The translations under genes and the position numbers were made by a program. This document shows, piece after piece, positions 1 through 8,760 of a stretch of 33,510 nt of DNA. The notes under the pieces are model-generated. The model saw only the letters and a list, made by a program, of their open reading frames with translations. It ran no database searches and was not told the DNA's origin. The stretch lies in NCBI GenBank assembly GCA_938038135.1, contig CALHQT010000031.1, positions 1 through 33,510 of the forward strand. Reading direction: 5' to 3'. This DNA comes from an uncultured Atopobium sp. (GTDB lineage: Bacteria; Actinomycetota; Coriobacteriia; Coriobacteriales; Atopobiaceae). How positions within the stretch are numbered: the first letter of the stretch is position 1; the number at the start of each line of letters is the position of its first letter.

Positions 1-50
1 GAATGCTCATGAAACTAACCTCGGATTCAAAAGTCACGTCACGAAAGGTC

Positions 51-173
51 CGCCTGAAAAGTGCAAAGAATCTGTATTTGAGCCACCGATTCTTTGACAA
101 AATCAGGCAAATCCACCGATTCTTTGACGTTTTCAGGCAAAAGTTACAGATTCTTTGCAGAAATCAGGCGCAT
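51..173. repeat. Intergenic array of three ~30-bp direct repeats plus one inverted copy
   Basis: ccaccgattctttgacaaaatcaggcaaat (83-112), ccaccgattctttgacgttttcaggcaaaa (113-142), ttacagattctttgcagaaatcaggcgcat (144-173); 51-76 is the reverse complement of 145-170 with 4 mismatches. Confidence 0.85.
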
Positions 174-183
174 CCCACACGCC

Positions 184-915
184 CTAGCGCATCATCTTGA
201 CCAGACGGACAATGGTGCCGTTGCCGGAAGGTTTCTCCTGGATAGACACGGCATCCATAAGCAGGCGCATCAGCTTAACGCCGCGTCCACGCTCGGCAAA
301 CTGGCCGGTCTCGGGAGGCTCTTCCTCATCGGAGACGCTAAAACCGCCACCGCAATCCGAGACGTCAATGACCACCCTGTCTGGATACGCGGAAACCGTG
401 GTCAGCACGCCCTTCTCGCACGCGTGATCAACGGCGTTGCCAATAGCCTCGCCAACTGCAAGTTCAATGTCAAACATTTGGTCCGAGGTAAACGGCAGTG
501 TCTTCAGCAGCGCGATAGCCCTTGAGCGAGCGTCACACATTTTGTTGGGATCAACTCTAAACGTTGTCTGAAACGACGGATGTGTGCCCGGTGCAAGCGG
601 AGTCACGCGCGACTTAGCGGCGCAGGTACTTATAGGCATGAAATCGATAAGACCCATGCGCACCAAGGCCTTAAACGCCGTCGGTTGAACGTTGGTCAAG
701 CTCATAAGACCGCCGAGCGTCTTCATGCGTCGAACAGCGCACACAATAAAGCCCATGCCGCATGAGTCGATGTACGAAACCTCCGACATATTCAGCACAA
801 TTCTTCTGCAGCCGCTATCAATGAGTTGCTCAATCTGAGCCTTCACGCGCGGGACTCCCCTCACGTCAAGGTCAGTATTGACTGAAACAACTGCTATGTT
901 TGGCTGCGTATACAT
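184..915 (-). CDS. STAS (anti-sigma antagonist, RsbV/SpoIIAA-like) fused to GHKL Ser kinase (anti-sigma factor, RsbW/SpoIIAB-like)
   Basis: N-half: LNMSEVSYIDSCGMG with the phospho-acceptor DS motif. C-half: N-box LAVGEAIGNAVDHA, DCGGGF, ERGRGVKLMRLLMD, GNGT. ATG at 915 preferred over the TTG at 942. Confidence 0.85.
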   Translation of the reverse strand: MYTQPNIAVVSVNTDLDVRGVPRVKAQIEQLIDSGCRRIVLNMSEVSYIDSCGMGFIVCAVRRMKTLGGLMSLTNVQPTAFKALVRMGLIDFMPISTCAAKSRVTPLAPGTHPSFQTTFRVDPNKMCDARSRAIALLKTLPFTSDQMFDIELAVGEAIGNAVDHACEKGVLTTVSAYPDRVVIDVSDCGGGFSVSDEEEPPETGQFAERGRGVKLMRLLMDAVSIQEKPSGNGTIVRLVKMMR

Positions 916-980
916 ACGTTTCTTGTTCCCGCGCAGCAACAAGAATTTCAGATATCTACACTTTTTAGCGAGAAAATCGT

Positions 981-3428
981 CTAGTCGCTCTTCTCGCCAG
1001 AATCAGCGCTGCCAAGCATGCCAGAGTCAGTGCCGCCGAGCGCGCTCGAATCTACGCCGACAAGCTCATCAAAGCGCAAGGCAACCATGGCAACGTCGTC
1101 GTCAAGCCTTCGGCCGGTATAGCGATCAAGCGTGCTCAAGAACCTATTGAGCAGGCCATCAAAGCCACGAGGAACCTCGTTCATAATCATGTCTCGCAGG
1201 CCAGTTTCGCCAAAGAAAGCGCCTTCAGGGCTACGAGCTTCCGTGGTTCCGTCGGTGTAAAGCAGCAGGATATCACCTTCGTGCAAGCGAATCGTACCGT
1301 TTTTATACTCCATGTCGTGAAACGCGCCCACAACGCCCGACTGTACGTCCAAAAGCTCAGCGTCGCCCGATTGAGCAGACACCAAAATCGCAGGTGGATG
1401 ACCAGCGGAGCAGTAGGTCAACGATGAAGTTGTAAGGTCTACAATACCAATAAAAAGCGTTGCAAACGTCTCTACCCTCGAGAAGCCCAGCAGGAACTCA
1501 TTCAGCGTTGCCACCATGCGAGCGGGAGTTCTTCCCTCCCATGCGTAGGCAGAAAGTGCCGTTTTAACTGCAGATGAAATAGATGCTGCCTCAATACCCT
1601 TGCCAGAAACGTCGCCCATAATAATGCACGCGCGACGGCCTGGCAGCTTAATCATGCTGTAAAAATCGCCACCAACAAACGCGTCGGCGGTTGCGGACGA
1701 ATAAATTCCCTCGGCAGAAATTCCTTCTACCTTCTGCAGGTCATTTTTCATGCCCGACTGCAGCGCCTGTGAGATATGCTTATTTTGCTGGCTCTCTTCG
1801 GCACCAACGGCCAACGAGTGAACCAGAAGCATCACGCGGTCCAAGAAATCAAGCTCAATGTCGCTTAAGGGCTCAGCGTTTTCTTCTCGCAAGAAAAGCC
1901 AGGTATGCTGCTCGCCGGCAAACTTGCCCAAGAAAAGCACAGCTCCCTTGCAGGGCAACCCTTGTGCAGCAAGCGCACGACTCAACTCAGAATCAAGCTC
2001 GACCTCTTTGACTGACGCCTCGCCCTCTCCTGTCTTGAGTCCCTCAACCGTCGATGGAAGCACTATCTGGTTGCCGCCATCCTGTGCGCCGCCGGCCTCC
2101 ACCGCAGCCTGCACGCCACCGGCCTCCGCTACGGCCTGCGCTCCGTCTTGCGCGCCACCGACCTCCGTTGCGGCCTGCGCTCCGTCTTGCGCGCCGTCCT
2201 GAGCGTCGCCAAACGCTTGCTCAGCGCCAAGCGCATGGAGCGTAATGTTGCCTGTGACCTCACAGCAATCTACCGAGAAAACCTGTGCGTTCAGATCGGT
2301 GCCCACCGACCTCATAACCTGCTGTAATCGCTCACCAGAGATCTTCTCGCCCTCTGCAGCGCTATGAAGCAATCCTTGGCGCACGCGAGCTAATGCCTCG
2401 CGAAGCGTGTCTCTACGCTGCGTTCTCATGGCCGACAACGCGCCCACAAGCTGTACCGAGAGGTAATTTGCAATGGAGTCCAGAAGTCTTGCATCTTCAA
2501 CCAAAAGCGCGCGCTTGCGCTCCCAGCCCACCTCAATCAGGGCAACAATGTGACCGCCAAACCACACAGGAACCACAAGAAAGCTGGTAAACGGAGGCAA
2601 ATGACTTGCATCAACGGTTATAACCTCACGTGTTTCCTCGTTAACAAGGTTGCGCTTTTTAACTCTTCCCTGCTTGAGCGTGCTTGAGTTCAAAGGCATG
2701 GTATGCAAGCGAAGTGCGTGCTCGGAATAAAACGTCAAACGCTCCAGAGAGCTGTTAAATGCAAAGTAGCGAGGAATTCTATCCAATGCCGCACTTCTCA
2801 AAGACTTTGTTGCACCATGAAGGTGATACCCGTCTTGCTCAGCAAGATAGATAAGCGCACCATCGGCCTCGACAGTCTCTGAGAGCTCTTCTAACACGCG
2901 CTCGATAAGCTGACCCATATCTTCCGAGTCAAGCGTGTCCAAAACAATCTGAAGCGCTCCTGAGAGCCTCCTGTTGGCTCGGCGAAGGTCCAACACCATT
3001 CGTTCATCATCGTGCATAGGGCTAGCCATGTCACGAAGCTTAGAGGCAGTCAAAACAATAGCCTGTGTAGGAGCACCCACATAATCTGCACGTACACTCA
3101 AAACCTGCGACGTGCCATCTTGCGCAGGAGCGGCCACCATGGAAGTGGAGCCATCAATCGCAAACGGCAACGACTCTACAGAAAACGGCTTCTGCAAGTT
3201 TTCTTGATTTGCAGGGGTAAACAAAAAGCGAACATCCAGGCCGGCAATGGTGCCGTCTTCCTTAGCAAATAAGGTTTCTGCCTCCTCATTGGCGAGAAGA
3301 ACCATGCCCTCCATATTAAAAACAATGACTGCATCGCTGGTTAGGCGCAGCAACTGAGACAGAGTTGCAGCAACAGTTCCGTCGACAACTCCCTCAACAC
3401 GCCTTACGCTCAGCTTGTTATCTGCCAC
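981..3428 (-). CDS. SpoIIE/RsbU-family PP2C phosphatase with N-terminal PAS-like and GAF-like domains
   Basis: PP2C motifs VGGDFY, IMGDVSGKG, SAGHPP, LYTDGTTEA, DDVAMV; PAS-like DAVIVFNMEGMVLLANEEAETLF; GAF-like SFLVVPVWFGGHIVALIEV; AAGGAG RBS 5 nt before GTG at 3428. Confidence 0.9.
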   Translation of the reverse strand: MADNKLSVRRVEGVVDGTVAATLSQLLRLTSDAVIVFNMEGMVLLANEEAETLFAKEDGTIAGLDVRFLFTPANQENLQKPFSVESLPFAIDGSTSMVAAPAQDGTSQVLSVRADYVGAPTQAIVLTASKLRDMASPMHDDERMVLDLRRANRRLSGALQIVLDTLDSEDMGQLIERVLEELSETVEADGALIYLAEQDGYHLHGATKSLRSAALDRIPRYFAFNSSLERLTFYSEHALRLHTMPLNSSTLKQGRVKKRNLVNEETREVITVDASHLPPFTSFLVVPVWFGGHIVALIEVGWERKRALLVEDARLLDSIANYLSVQLVGALSAMRTQRRDTLREALARVRQGLLHSAAEGEKISGERLQQVMRSVGTDLNAQVFSVDCCEVTGNITLHALGAEQAFGDAQDGAQDGAQAATEVGGAQDGAQAVAEAGGVQAAVEAGGAQDGGNQIVLPSTVEGLKTGEGEASVKEVELDSELSRALAAQGLPCKGAVLFLGKFAGEQHTWLFLREENAEPLSDIELDFLDRVMLLVHSLAVGAEESQQNKHISQALQSGMKNDLQKVEGISAEGIYSSATADAFVGGDFYSMIKLPGRRACIIMGDVSGKGIEAASISSAVKTALSAYAWEGRTPARMVATLNEFLLGFSRVETFATLFIGIVDLTTSSLTYCSAGHPPAILVSAQSGDAELLDVQSGVVGAFHDMEYKNGTIRLHEGDILLLYTDGTTEARSPEGAFFGETGLRDMIMNEVPRGFDGLLNRFLSTLDRYTGRRLDDDVAMVALRFDELVGVDSSALGGTDSGMLGSADSGEKSD
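2078..2208 (-). repeat. In-frame GC-rich tandem repeat inside the phosphatase (AQDGAQDGAQAATEVGGAQDGAQAVAEAGGVQAAVEAGGAQD)
   Basis: 39-bp units at 2113-2151 and 2152-2190, a 27-bp partial unit at 2086-2112 and 12-bp GAQD-like units; all lengths are multiples of 3. Confidence 0.85.
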
Positions 3429-3470
3429 AGTCACTCCTTACCAGCAAGGAAAAACAAATCACATTGCCTA

Positions 3471-3476
3471 AGTATA
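3471..3476 (-). promoter_or_regulatory. Putative -10 box (TATACT) for the phosphatase/STAS-kinase genes
   Basis: TATACT about 45 nt upstream of the start codon, just downstream of the tRNA terminator; no clear -35. Confidence 0.35.
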
Positions 3477-3478
3477 CG

Positions 3479-3507
3479 AAAAAGGCGGACCTCCGAAGAG
3501 ATCCGCC
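3479..3507 (-). terminator. Intrinsic terminator after tRNA-Leu
   Basis: Minus strand GGCGGATCTC-TTCG-GAGGTCCGCC followed by TTTTT. Confidence 0.85.
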
Positions 3508-3516
3508 GAAATTCCG

Positions 3517-3606
3517 TGGTGTCGGAGGCGGGACTTGAACCCGCACAACCGTTAGTAGGTCACTAGCACCTCAAGCTAGCGCGTCTGCCAATTCCGCCAC
3601 TCCGAC
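3517..3606 (-). tRNA. tRNA-Leu(GAG)
   Basis: Minus strand GTCGGAG..TGGCGGAATTGGCAGACGC..CTAGC-TT-GAG-GT-GCTAG, long variable arm, GGTTCAAGTCC T-arm, CTCCGAC-A-CCA. Confidence 0.97.
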
Positions 3607-3714
3607 TTGCTTTGCAGCGAGGGATATACTAACACATCTTCTGGCAACATTTGTGAGAAAAATTAAAAACTTTTTCTCAAAAGAACTTTGCGAGAAGATC
3701 GCCTTGTCCCTTGC

Positions 3715-5478
3715 TTACTTCTGCCAACCAACAATGGTTGCAGGCACGCTCTGGAAGAGTGCAGGACCAAAGTTAGCAAGACCCTTCTTAACAACGTAGC
3801 AGTCTGGGCCAGTGTAGACAGGAAGGTATGCGTAAGTCTGCATCATCTTCTTCTCAGCCTCATTCATGAGCTTCATGCGCTCATCAAAGTTCTGAGTAGA
3901 GACAACCTTTGCAAACATCTCATCGGTCTCTGCGGAGCCCTGCTGACCAAAGTTGGATCCAGACTCAGAACCATAGAGCTGACCACCGTTGTTGTAAGAA
4001 GTTGAAGAGCCAACCCAACCAAAGAGGCAGACATCCCAAGAGCCAGAGGTAAGAACATCAGAGAACTCAGAAGATGGGTGAGAATCAAGAGTGAGGTTAA
4101 TACCAGCATCCTTGCACATCTTCTGGATTGCAGCAGCACGGTTCTTAACAGTAGTACCGTCACCAAACAGAGTGTAAGCAAAGGTTACCTGCTGGCCATC
4201 CTTCTCATAGTAATCGCCGTTAAGCTTGTAGCCTGCATCCTCAAGGGTCTTCTTAGCAGCAGCCTTGCGATCATCAGCAGACTTGAGGTTCTTGAGATCG
4301 TCTGGAAGGTTGTTGTCATAACCAGCTGCCCAGTAAGGCCAAAGCATAGAGCCTGGTGCGTCCTCTTTCCAGTTAACACCCTGGAAGACAATAGAAACGA
4401 TAGTTGCAGGATCAACAACCTGGCAGAATGCCTTACGAACTGCAACATCCTGAAGAACACCACGAGTAGAGTTGATCTCGATAACAGCAATAGACATACC
4501 AAGACCACGGCGAATCTGAGCCTTATCACCAAGACCAGTGAAGTTAGAAAGAAGCTCAGCAGAACCAGAAACGGAACCACCGGTAGTGTCAACCTCTTCG
4601 TTCTTGAATGCATTAATGGAAGCCTGGGTATCCATCTGCTTGTAGACAAGGGTGTCAAGCTTAGGAGCGTCACCCCACCACTTTGGATTTGGCTTGAAGG
4701 TTACAGCAGAATCATCGAAAGAATCAACGATGTAAGGGCCAGAACCAAGCTCATTGTTTGGCTGATTGATGTAGCCATTGTTGAAGAAGTCTGGATCCTG
4801 AAGCTTTGGGTGCAGAGCATAGCTCAAGATGCTCTCGATTGGATAGACTGCTTCCTTCATGGTAATAACAGCAGTCTTAGCAGTATCGCCCTGCTCAACA
4901 GACTCATACTTGTCATAACCATCAGTTGAAGAAACCGCAAACTTTTTATTCTGACCACTCATAGTGATGAATGCGGTCTGAATTGCGGTCCAATCAATAG
5001 CGGTACCATCGTTGAAGGTAGCCTGATCAGTGAAGGTCAGGGTAGCAACCTGCTTGCCGTCCTTCTCCTCTACCTTGAATTCCTTGATGTAATCCTTGTT
5101 TGGCTCAAACTTATCACCATCAGCATTGTTAAGGAACAGGTCACGAGGGTTGATAAGACCGTGAAGGATGTTCATGTAAGAGGTATTACCAGCAAGTTGG
5201 TAGTAATTCCACTGTGGACCAATCTCGGTGATTGGCTGGGTTAGAGTACCGCCATCCTTAACCTCATCACGAGACTTAGGATTGTTGTACGTCTTGCCCT
5301 TCTCTGGAAGTGGAAGCTGATCCAGAGGAGTGTTTGCAGGGGAGCCGTCCTGTGGCTCAGTTCCAGTATTGGAAGAGCTGCTCTGAGGATTTGATGGAGC
5401 ACAACCAGCAAGGCCAAGGCCTGCGGCGGTGATTCCAGTCAGAGCAAAGAACGAACGACGAGAAAAACTGTCAGCCAT
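3715..5478 (-). CDS. Family-5 (Opp/Dpp-type) ABC substrate-binding lipoprotein
   Basis: Twin-Arg-like SRRSFF, lipobox LAGC, ATFNDGTAI, GSGPYIVD, NPKWWG and VRKAF motifs; second Met (5478) chosen, 5490 possible. Confidence 0.9.
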   Translation of the reverse strand: MADSFSRRSFFALTGITAAGLGLAGCAPSNPQSSSSNTGTEPQDGSPANTPLDQLPLPEKGKTYNNPKSRDEVKDGGTLTQPITEIGPQWNYYQLAGNTSYMNILHGLINPRDLFLNNADGDKFEPNKDYIKEFKVEEKDGKQVATLTFTDQATFNDGTAIDWTAIQTAFITMSGQNKKFAVSSTDGYDKYESVEQGDTAKTAVITMKEAVYPIESILSYALHPKLQDPDFFNNGYINQPNNELGSGPYIVDSFDDSAVTFKPNPKWWGDAPKLDTLVYKQMDTQASINAFKNEEVDTTGGSVSGSAELLSNFTGLGDKAQIRRGLGMSIAVIEINSTRGVLQDVAVRKAFCQVVDPATIVSIVFQGVNWKEDAPGSMLWPYWAAGYDNNLPDDLKNLKSADDRKAAAKKTLEDAGYKLNGDYYEKDGQQVTFAYTLFGDGTTVKNRAAAIQKMCKDAGINLTLDSHPSSEFSDVLTSGSWDVCLFGWVGSSTSYNNGGQLYGSESGSNFGQQGSAETDEMFAKVVSTQNFDERMKLMNEAEKKMMQTYAYLPVYTGPDCYVVKKGLANFGPALFQSVPATIVGWQK

Positions 5479-5594
5479 ATGATCACCCATTTCGTTAAAG
5501 GCCTACAGATATTCACTTAACTATACGAAATTGCCTGAAAATACTCCATAGCAGAAACATTCCCGTAACAACCTCGTTCACTATTTGTAACAAA

Positions 5595-5628
5595 GAAAAC
5601 CCGCACCTAGTTTTAAGTGCGGGTTTTC
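5595..5628. terminator. Intrinsic terminator after the peptide-ABC ATPase gene
   Basis: GAAAACCCGCAC-ctagttttaa-GTGCGGGTTTTC, A/T runs on both sides. Confidence 0.85.
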
Positions 5629-5649
5629 AGAAAATTTATTGAATCTTTG

Positions 5650-7683
5650 TTACTCGTTAGAAATGTGAGTAGCAGGAACCAGCTTACCATCCTGATAAAT
5701 CATGCGCTCACGGGTACGTTCAATCTTTGGATCAGGAATTGGAATAGCCGAGAGAAGCGCCTTAGTGTAAGGATCTTGTGGGTTAGTAAAGACGTCTTCA
5801 GTCTCACCGTACTCAACAATCTTGCCCAGGTGCATAACAGCAACCGTGTCAGAAATATGACGAATAACAGCAAGATCGTGAGCAACAAAGAGATAAGAAA
5901 TCTTCAACTGAACCTGAAGATCCTCAAGGAGGTTAATAATACCTGCCTGAATGGAAACGTCCAGAGATGCAATTGGCTCATCCAACAGAAGAATCTTTGG
6001 ACTGGTTGCAAGAGCACGAGCAATAGCAATACGCTGACGCTGACCACCAGAGAACTGGGATGGGAAGCGGTCAACATAGTCTGGGTTGATACCAACCAGA
6101 CGCATAAGCTCGCCAATACGAGTATTAATATCCTCTTTGTTCCAACCCTGCGCTTGAAGCGGCTCAGCCAAAACGTCATAGACAGGCATACGTGGGTCCA
6201 GAGAACTCATTGGATCCTGGAAGATAACCTGAAGATCTTTACGAAGCTCTCTACGCTGTGCAGCATTCTTAAGCTCAGCAACATCTTTGCCAAGGACCGT
6301 AATACGACCATCCTCAGGCTTCAGCAGATCCATAATCTGCATCAGAGTTGTTGATTTACCAGAACCAGACTCACCAACCAGTGCAAGGGTTTCTCCCTCA
6401 TGGATCTCAAAGCTTGCACGGTCAACAGCAGTCATAGTGCCCTTGCTGCGCCTAATAAAGCCCTTACCCTGAACAGGGAAAGTCTTGGTAAGATTCTCAA
6501 CCTTGAGTACAACAGGACGCTCGTTACGAGGAACATCAACCCACTTTGGAAGGATTGGCTCAAAGTCTGGATACACCTCAGCATACGTGAGGTTCTTCTC
6601 GCAAATCTCCTGAAGGTGGTGGCAAGATGCCAAGTGACCCTCGGCAGCATTTGCAGGAAGCAGCACTGGCTCTTTCTTGGAGCATTCCTCGGTAGCCATA
6701 GGACAACGTGGGTTAAAAGGACAACCAGTTGGAATGGCAGCAAGTGATGGTGGATTACCCTTAATAGGAACAAGCCTGTGCTCTGCTGGAAGGTGTGGCT
6801 TTGGAACTGCACCCAAAAGACCCATAGTATAAGGATGTCTTGGCTCAGCAAAAAGCGTATCAACACTTGCACGCTCGACGCCACGACCTGCATACATAAC
6901 CATAATATCGTCAGCAGTACCTGCAACAACACCAAGGTCGTGTGTAATCAAAACAACTGCTGCACCCGTCTCTTTCTGTGCAACCTTCAAGACGTCAAGA
7001 ATCTGAGCCTGAATAGTTACGTCAAGAGCGGTGGTTGGCTCGTCTGCGATGATGATGTCAGGGTTGTTTGCAATAGCAATTGCAATAACAACACGCTGAC
7101 GCATACCACCAGAGAACTCATGTGGGAAAGAATCCAGACGATTCTCTGGATCAGTAATACCAACAATGGAGAGAAGCTCAATACAACGCTTACGAACGTC
7201 TGCCTTGCTCATGTGAGGATTATGAGTAAGCAGAGCTTCTGCAAGCTGATCTCCAATAGAGAACATTGGAGTCAAAGCAGACAGTGGATCCTGAAAGATC
7301 ATAGAAATCTTAGTGCCACGAAGCTTTGACATCTCTTCATCGGTCTTACCAATGAGCTCCTCATTACCAAGCTTAATAGAGCCTGTAACGTGAGCATTGT
7401 CATCAAGAAGACCAATAAGAGACAGGGCGGTTACTGACTTACCAGAGCCGGACTCGCCTACGATACCAAGGGTACGGCCACCCCAGAGGTCAAAGTTAAC
7501 ACCGCGAACTGCGTCTACACGACCAGCCTCAGTATTAAAGGATACCTTGAGATCACGAACGGAAAGAACTGGCTCTCCTGTTGGAGCACCCTTTGGACCG
7601 TTTGATTCAAGCAGCTCGTAGCGAAGGACATCATCCATCTCTACACTTCCCTGCTTTGTTGAAGTAGTAGTAGTGTCAGACAT
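5650..7683 (-). CDS. Peptide ABC transporter ATP-binding protein with two fused ATPase domains (OppD/OppF-like)
   Basis: Two Walker A (GESGSGKS), two signatures (FSGGMRQR, FSGGQRQR), GCPFNPRCP Cys-rich linker. Confidence 0.93.
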   Translation of the reverse strand: MSDTTTTSTKQGSVEMDDVLRYELLESNGPKGAPTGEPVLSVRDLKVSFNTEAGRVDAVRGVNFDLWGGRTLGIVGESGSGKSVTALSLIGLLDDNAHVTGSIKLGNEELIGKTDEEMSKLRGTKISMIFQDPLSALTPMFSIGDQLAEALLTHNPHMSKADVRKRCIELLSIVGITDPENRLDSFPHEFSGGMRQRVVIAIAIANNPDIIIADEPTTALDVTIQAQILDVLKVAQKETGAAVVLITHDLGVVAGTADDIMVMYAGRGVERASVDTLFAEPRHPYTMGLLGAVPKPHLPAEHRLVPIKGNPPSLAAIPTGCPFNPRCPMATEECSKKEPVLLPANAAEGHLASCHHLQEICEKNLTYAEVYPDFEPILPKWVDVPRNERPVVLKVENLTKTFPVQGKGFIRRSKGTMTAVDRASFEIHEGETLALVGESGSGKSTTLMQIMDLLKPEDGRITVLGKDVAELKNAAQRRELRKDLQVIFQDPMSSLDPRMPVYDVLAEPLQAQGWNKEDINTRIGELMRLVGINPDYVDRFPSQFSGGQRQRIAIARALATSPKILLLDEPIASLDVSIQAGIINLLEDLQVQLKISYLFVAHDLAVIRHISDTVAVMHLGKIVEYGETEDVFTNPQDPYTKALLSAIPIPDPKIERTRERMIYQDGKLVPATHISNE

Positions 7684-8750
7684 TATGCACGCTCCGTAGT
7701 TTCTTCAGAAACGATGCTTCCCTCAAGATCACCGAGCTGAGCGTCATCCTTGGAAGAATCCTCTTCCTGATCTTTAACGCTACCAGCAGCGCGTGAATAA
7801 GGGTCAAAGGCATCGCGAAGGCCGTCGCCGATGAGCTGCAGGCCAACACAAACAACAATCAGAAATGCCGATGGAATCAGAATCATCCATGGAGTAGTAA
7901 GCATTGCAGAAGAACCAGCACTCAAGAGATAACCAAGAGAGGTATCTGGTGCCTTGATACCAAGACCCAAGAAGCTGAATGCAGTCTCAGAGTTAATGCC
8001 ACCAATAACAGCCAAGACCAAATCAATAATAAGAATTGAGCCAAGGTTTGGAATAAGGTGACGAATAATGATGGTAAATGGTGGCACACCCATATACTTA
8101 GCGGCCTTGACGTAATCTCTCTCACGCAAAGACAGAGCCATGGTGCGGATAGTACGTGCACGACCAATCCAACCAAAAGCAGTTAAACCAAAGATAAGCA
8201 TGAGCCAACCAGACTCACCGCCTGATGCGCGAACAATCATAGCAACCAGCAAGAAGCTAGGGATGACCATGAGCATATCAAGAAGCCACATACCAATCTT
8301 CTCTGGAATGCCGCGGACATAAGCAATGGCAGTACCAATAATTGCAGAAATGATAGTGGTCAAGATTGCATAGCTGATACCAATGGTCAAAGAACGGCCA
8401 AGGCCGTGGACAACACAGGCATACAGGTCAATACCAGCACCATCAGTACCAAACCAATGCTTTGCATTAGGAGCCATGTTAATTGCAGTAAAGTCAGCAT
8501 CTGTGTAATTAAATGGGGTGGCATATGGTCCAAAAACTGCAATAAGAACCATAATTCCAAGAATAATCAAACCGATTACTGCAGAACGCTGGCGGAAGAA
8601 ACGCCTTGCAATCAGGCCAGCATAGCTAATTCTTTTAACTTCTTTGTTCTCAGACTTAGCATCTGCCTGAAGCTCACGTTCAGCATTAGTAAGACCTGCA
8701 TCAATGGAGACGTTTTTCTCGTCTTTATTCTGAAGCTCTTCTTTAGACAT
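7683..8750 (-). CDS. Peptide ABC transporter permease (OppC-like)
   Basis: HWFGTDG, DYVKAAKYMG EAA-like loop, IIRHLIPN, GDGLRDAFDP. Confidence 0.92.
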   Translation of the reverse strand: MSKEELQNKDEKNVSIDAGLTNAERELQADAKSENKEVKRISYAGLIARRFFRQRSAVIGLIILGIMVLIAVFGPYATPFNYTDADFTAINMAPNAKHWFGTDGAGIDLYACVVHGLGRSLTIGISYAILTTIISAIIGTAIAYVRGIPEKIGMWLLDMLMVIPSFLLVAMIVRASGGESGWLMLIFGLTAFGWIGRARTIRTMALSLRERDYVKAAKYMGVPPFTIIIRHLIPNLGSILIIDLVLAVIGGINSETAFSFLGLGIKAPDTSLGYLLSAGSSAMLTTPWMILIPSAFLIVVCVGLQLIGDGLRDAFDPYSRAAGSVKDQEEDSSKDDAQLGDLEGSIVSEETTERA

Positions 8751-8760
8751 GTCCGCCTCC

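Noticed and set aside
1..10. Possible start of a next minus-strand gene (ATG at 10, GAGG upstream)
   Set aside because: Only three codons visible; cannot be called
51..173. Possible mini CRISPR array
   Set aside because: Units are adjacent with no unique spacers, and there are no cas genes in the window
3..525. Plus-strand ORFs 3..200 and 94..525 (HRFFD repeats)
   Set aside because: The peptide repeats just reflect the 30-bp DNA array; the longer ORF is antisense to the STAS-kinase gene
3517..3606. tRNA-Leu as an integration site
   Set aside because: No integrase and no duplicated tRNA 3' end seen in the window
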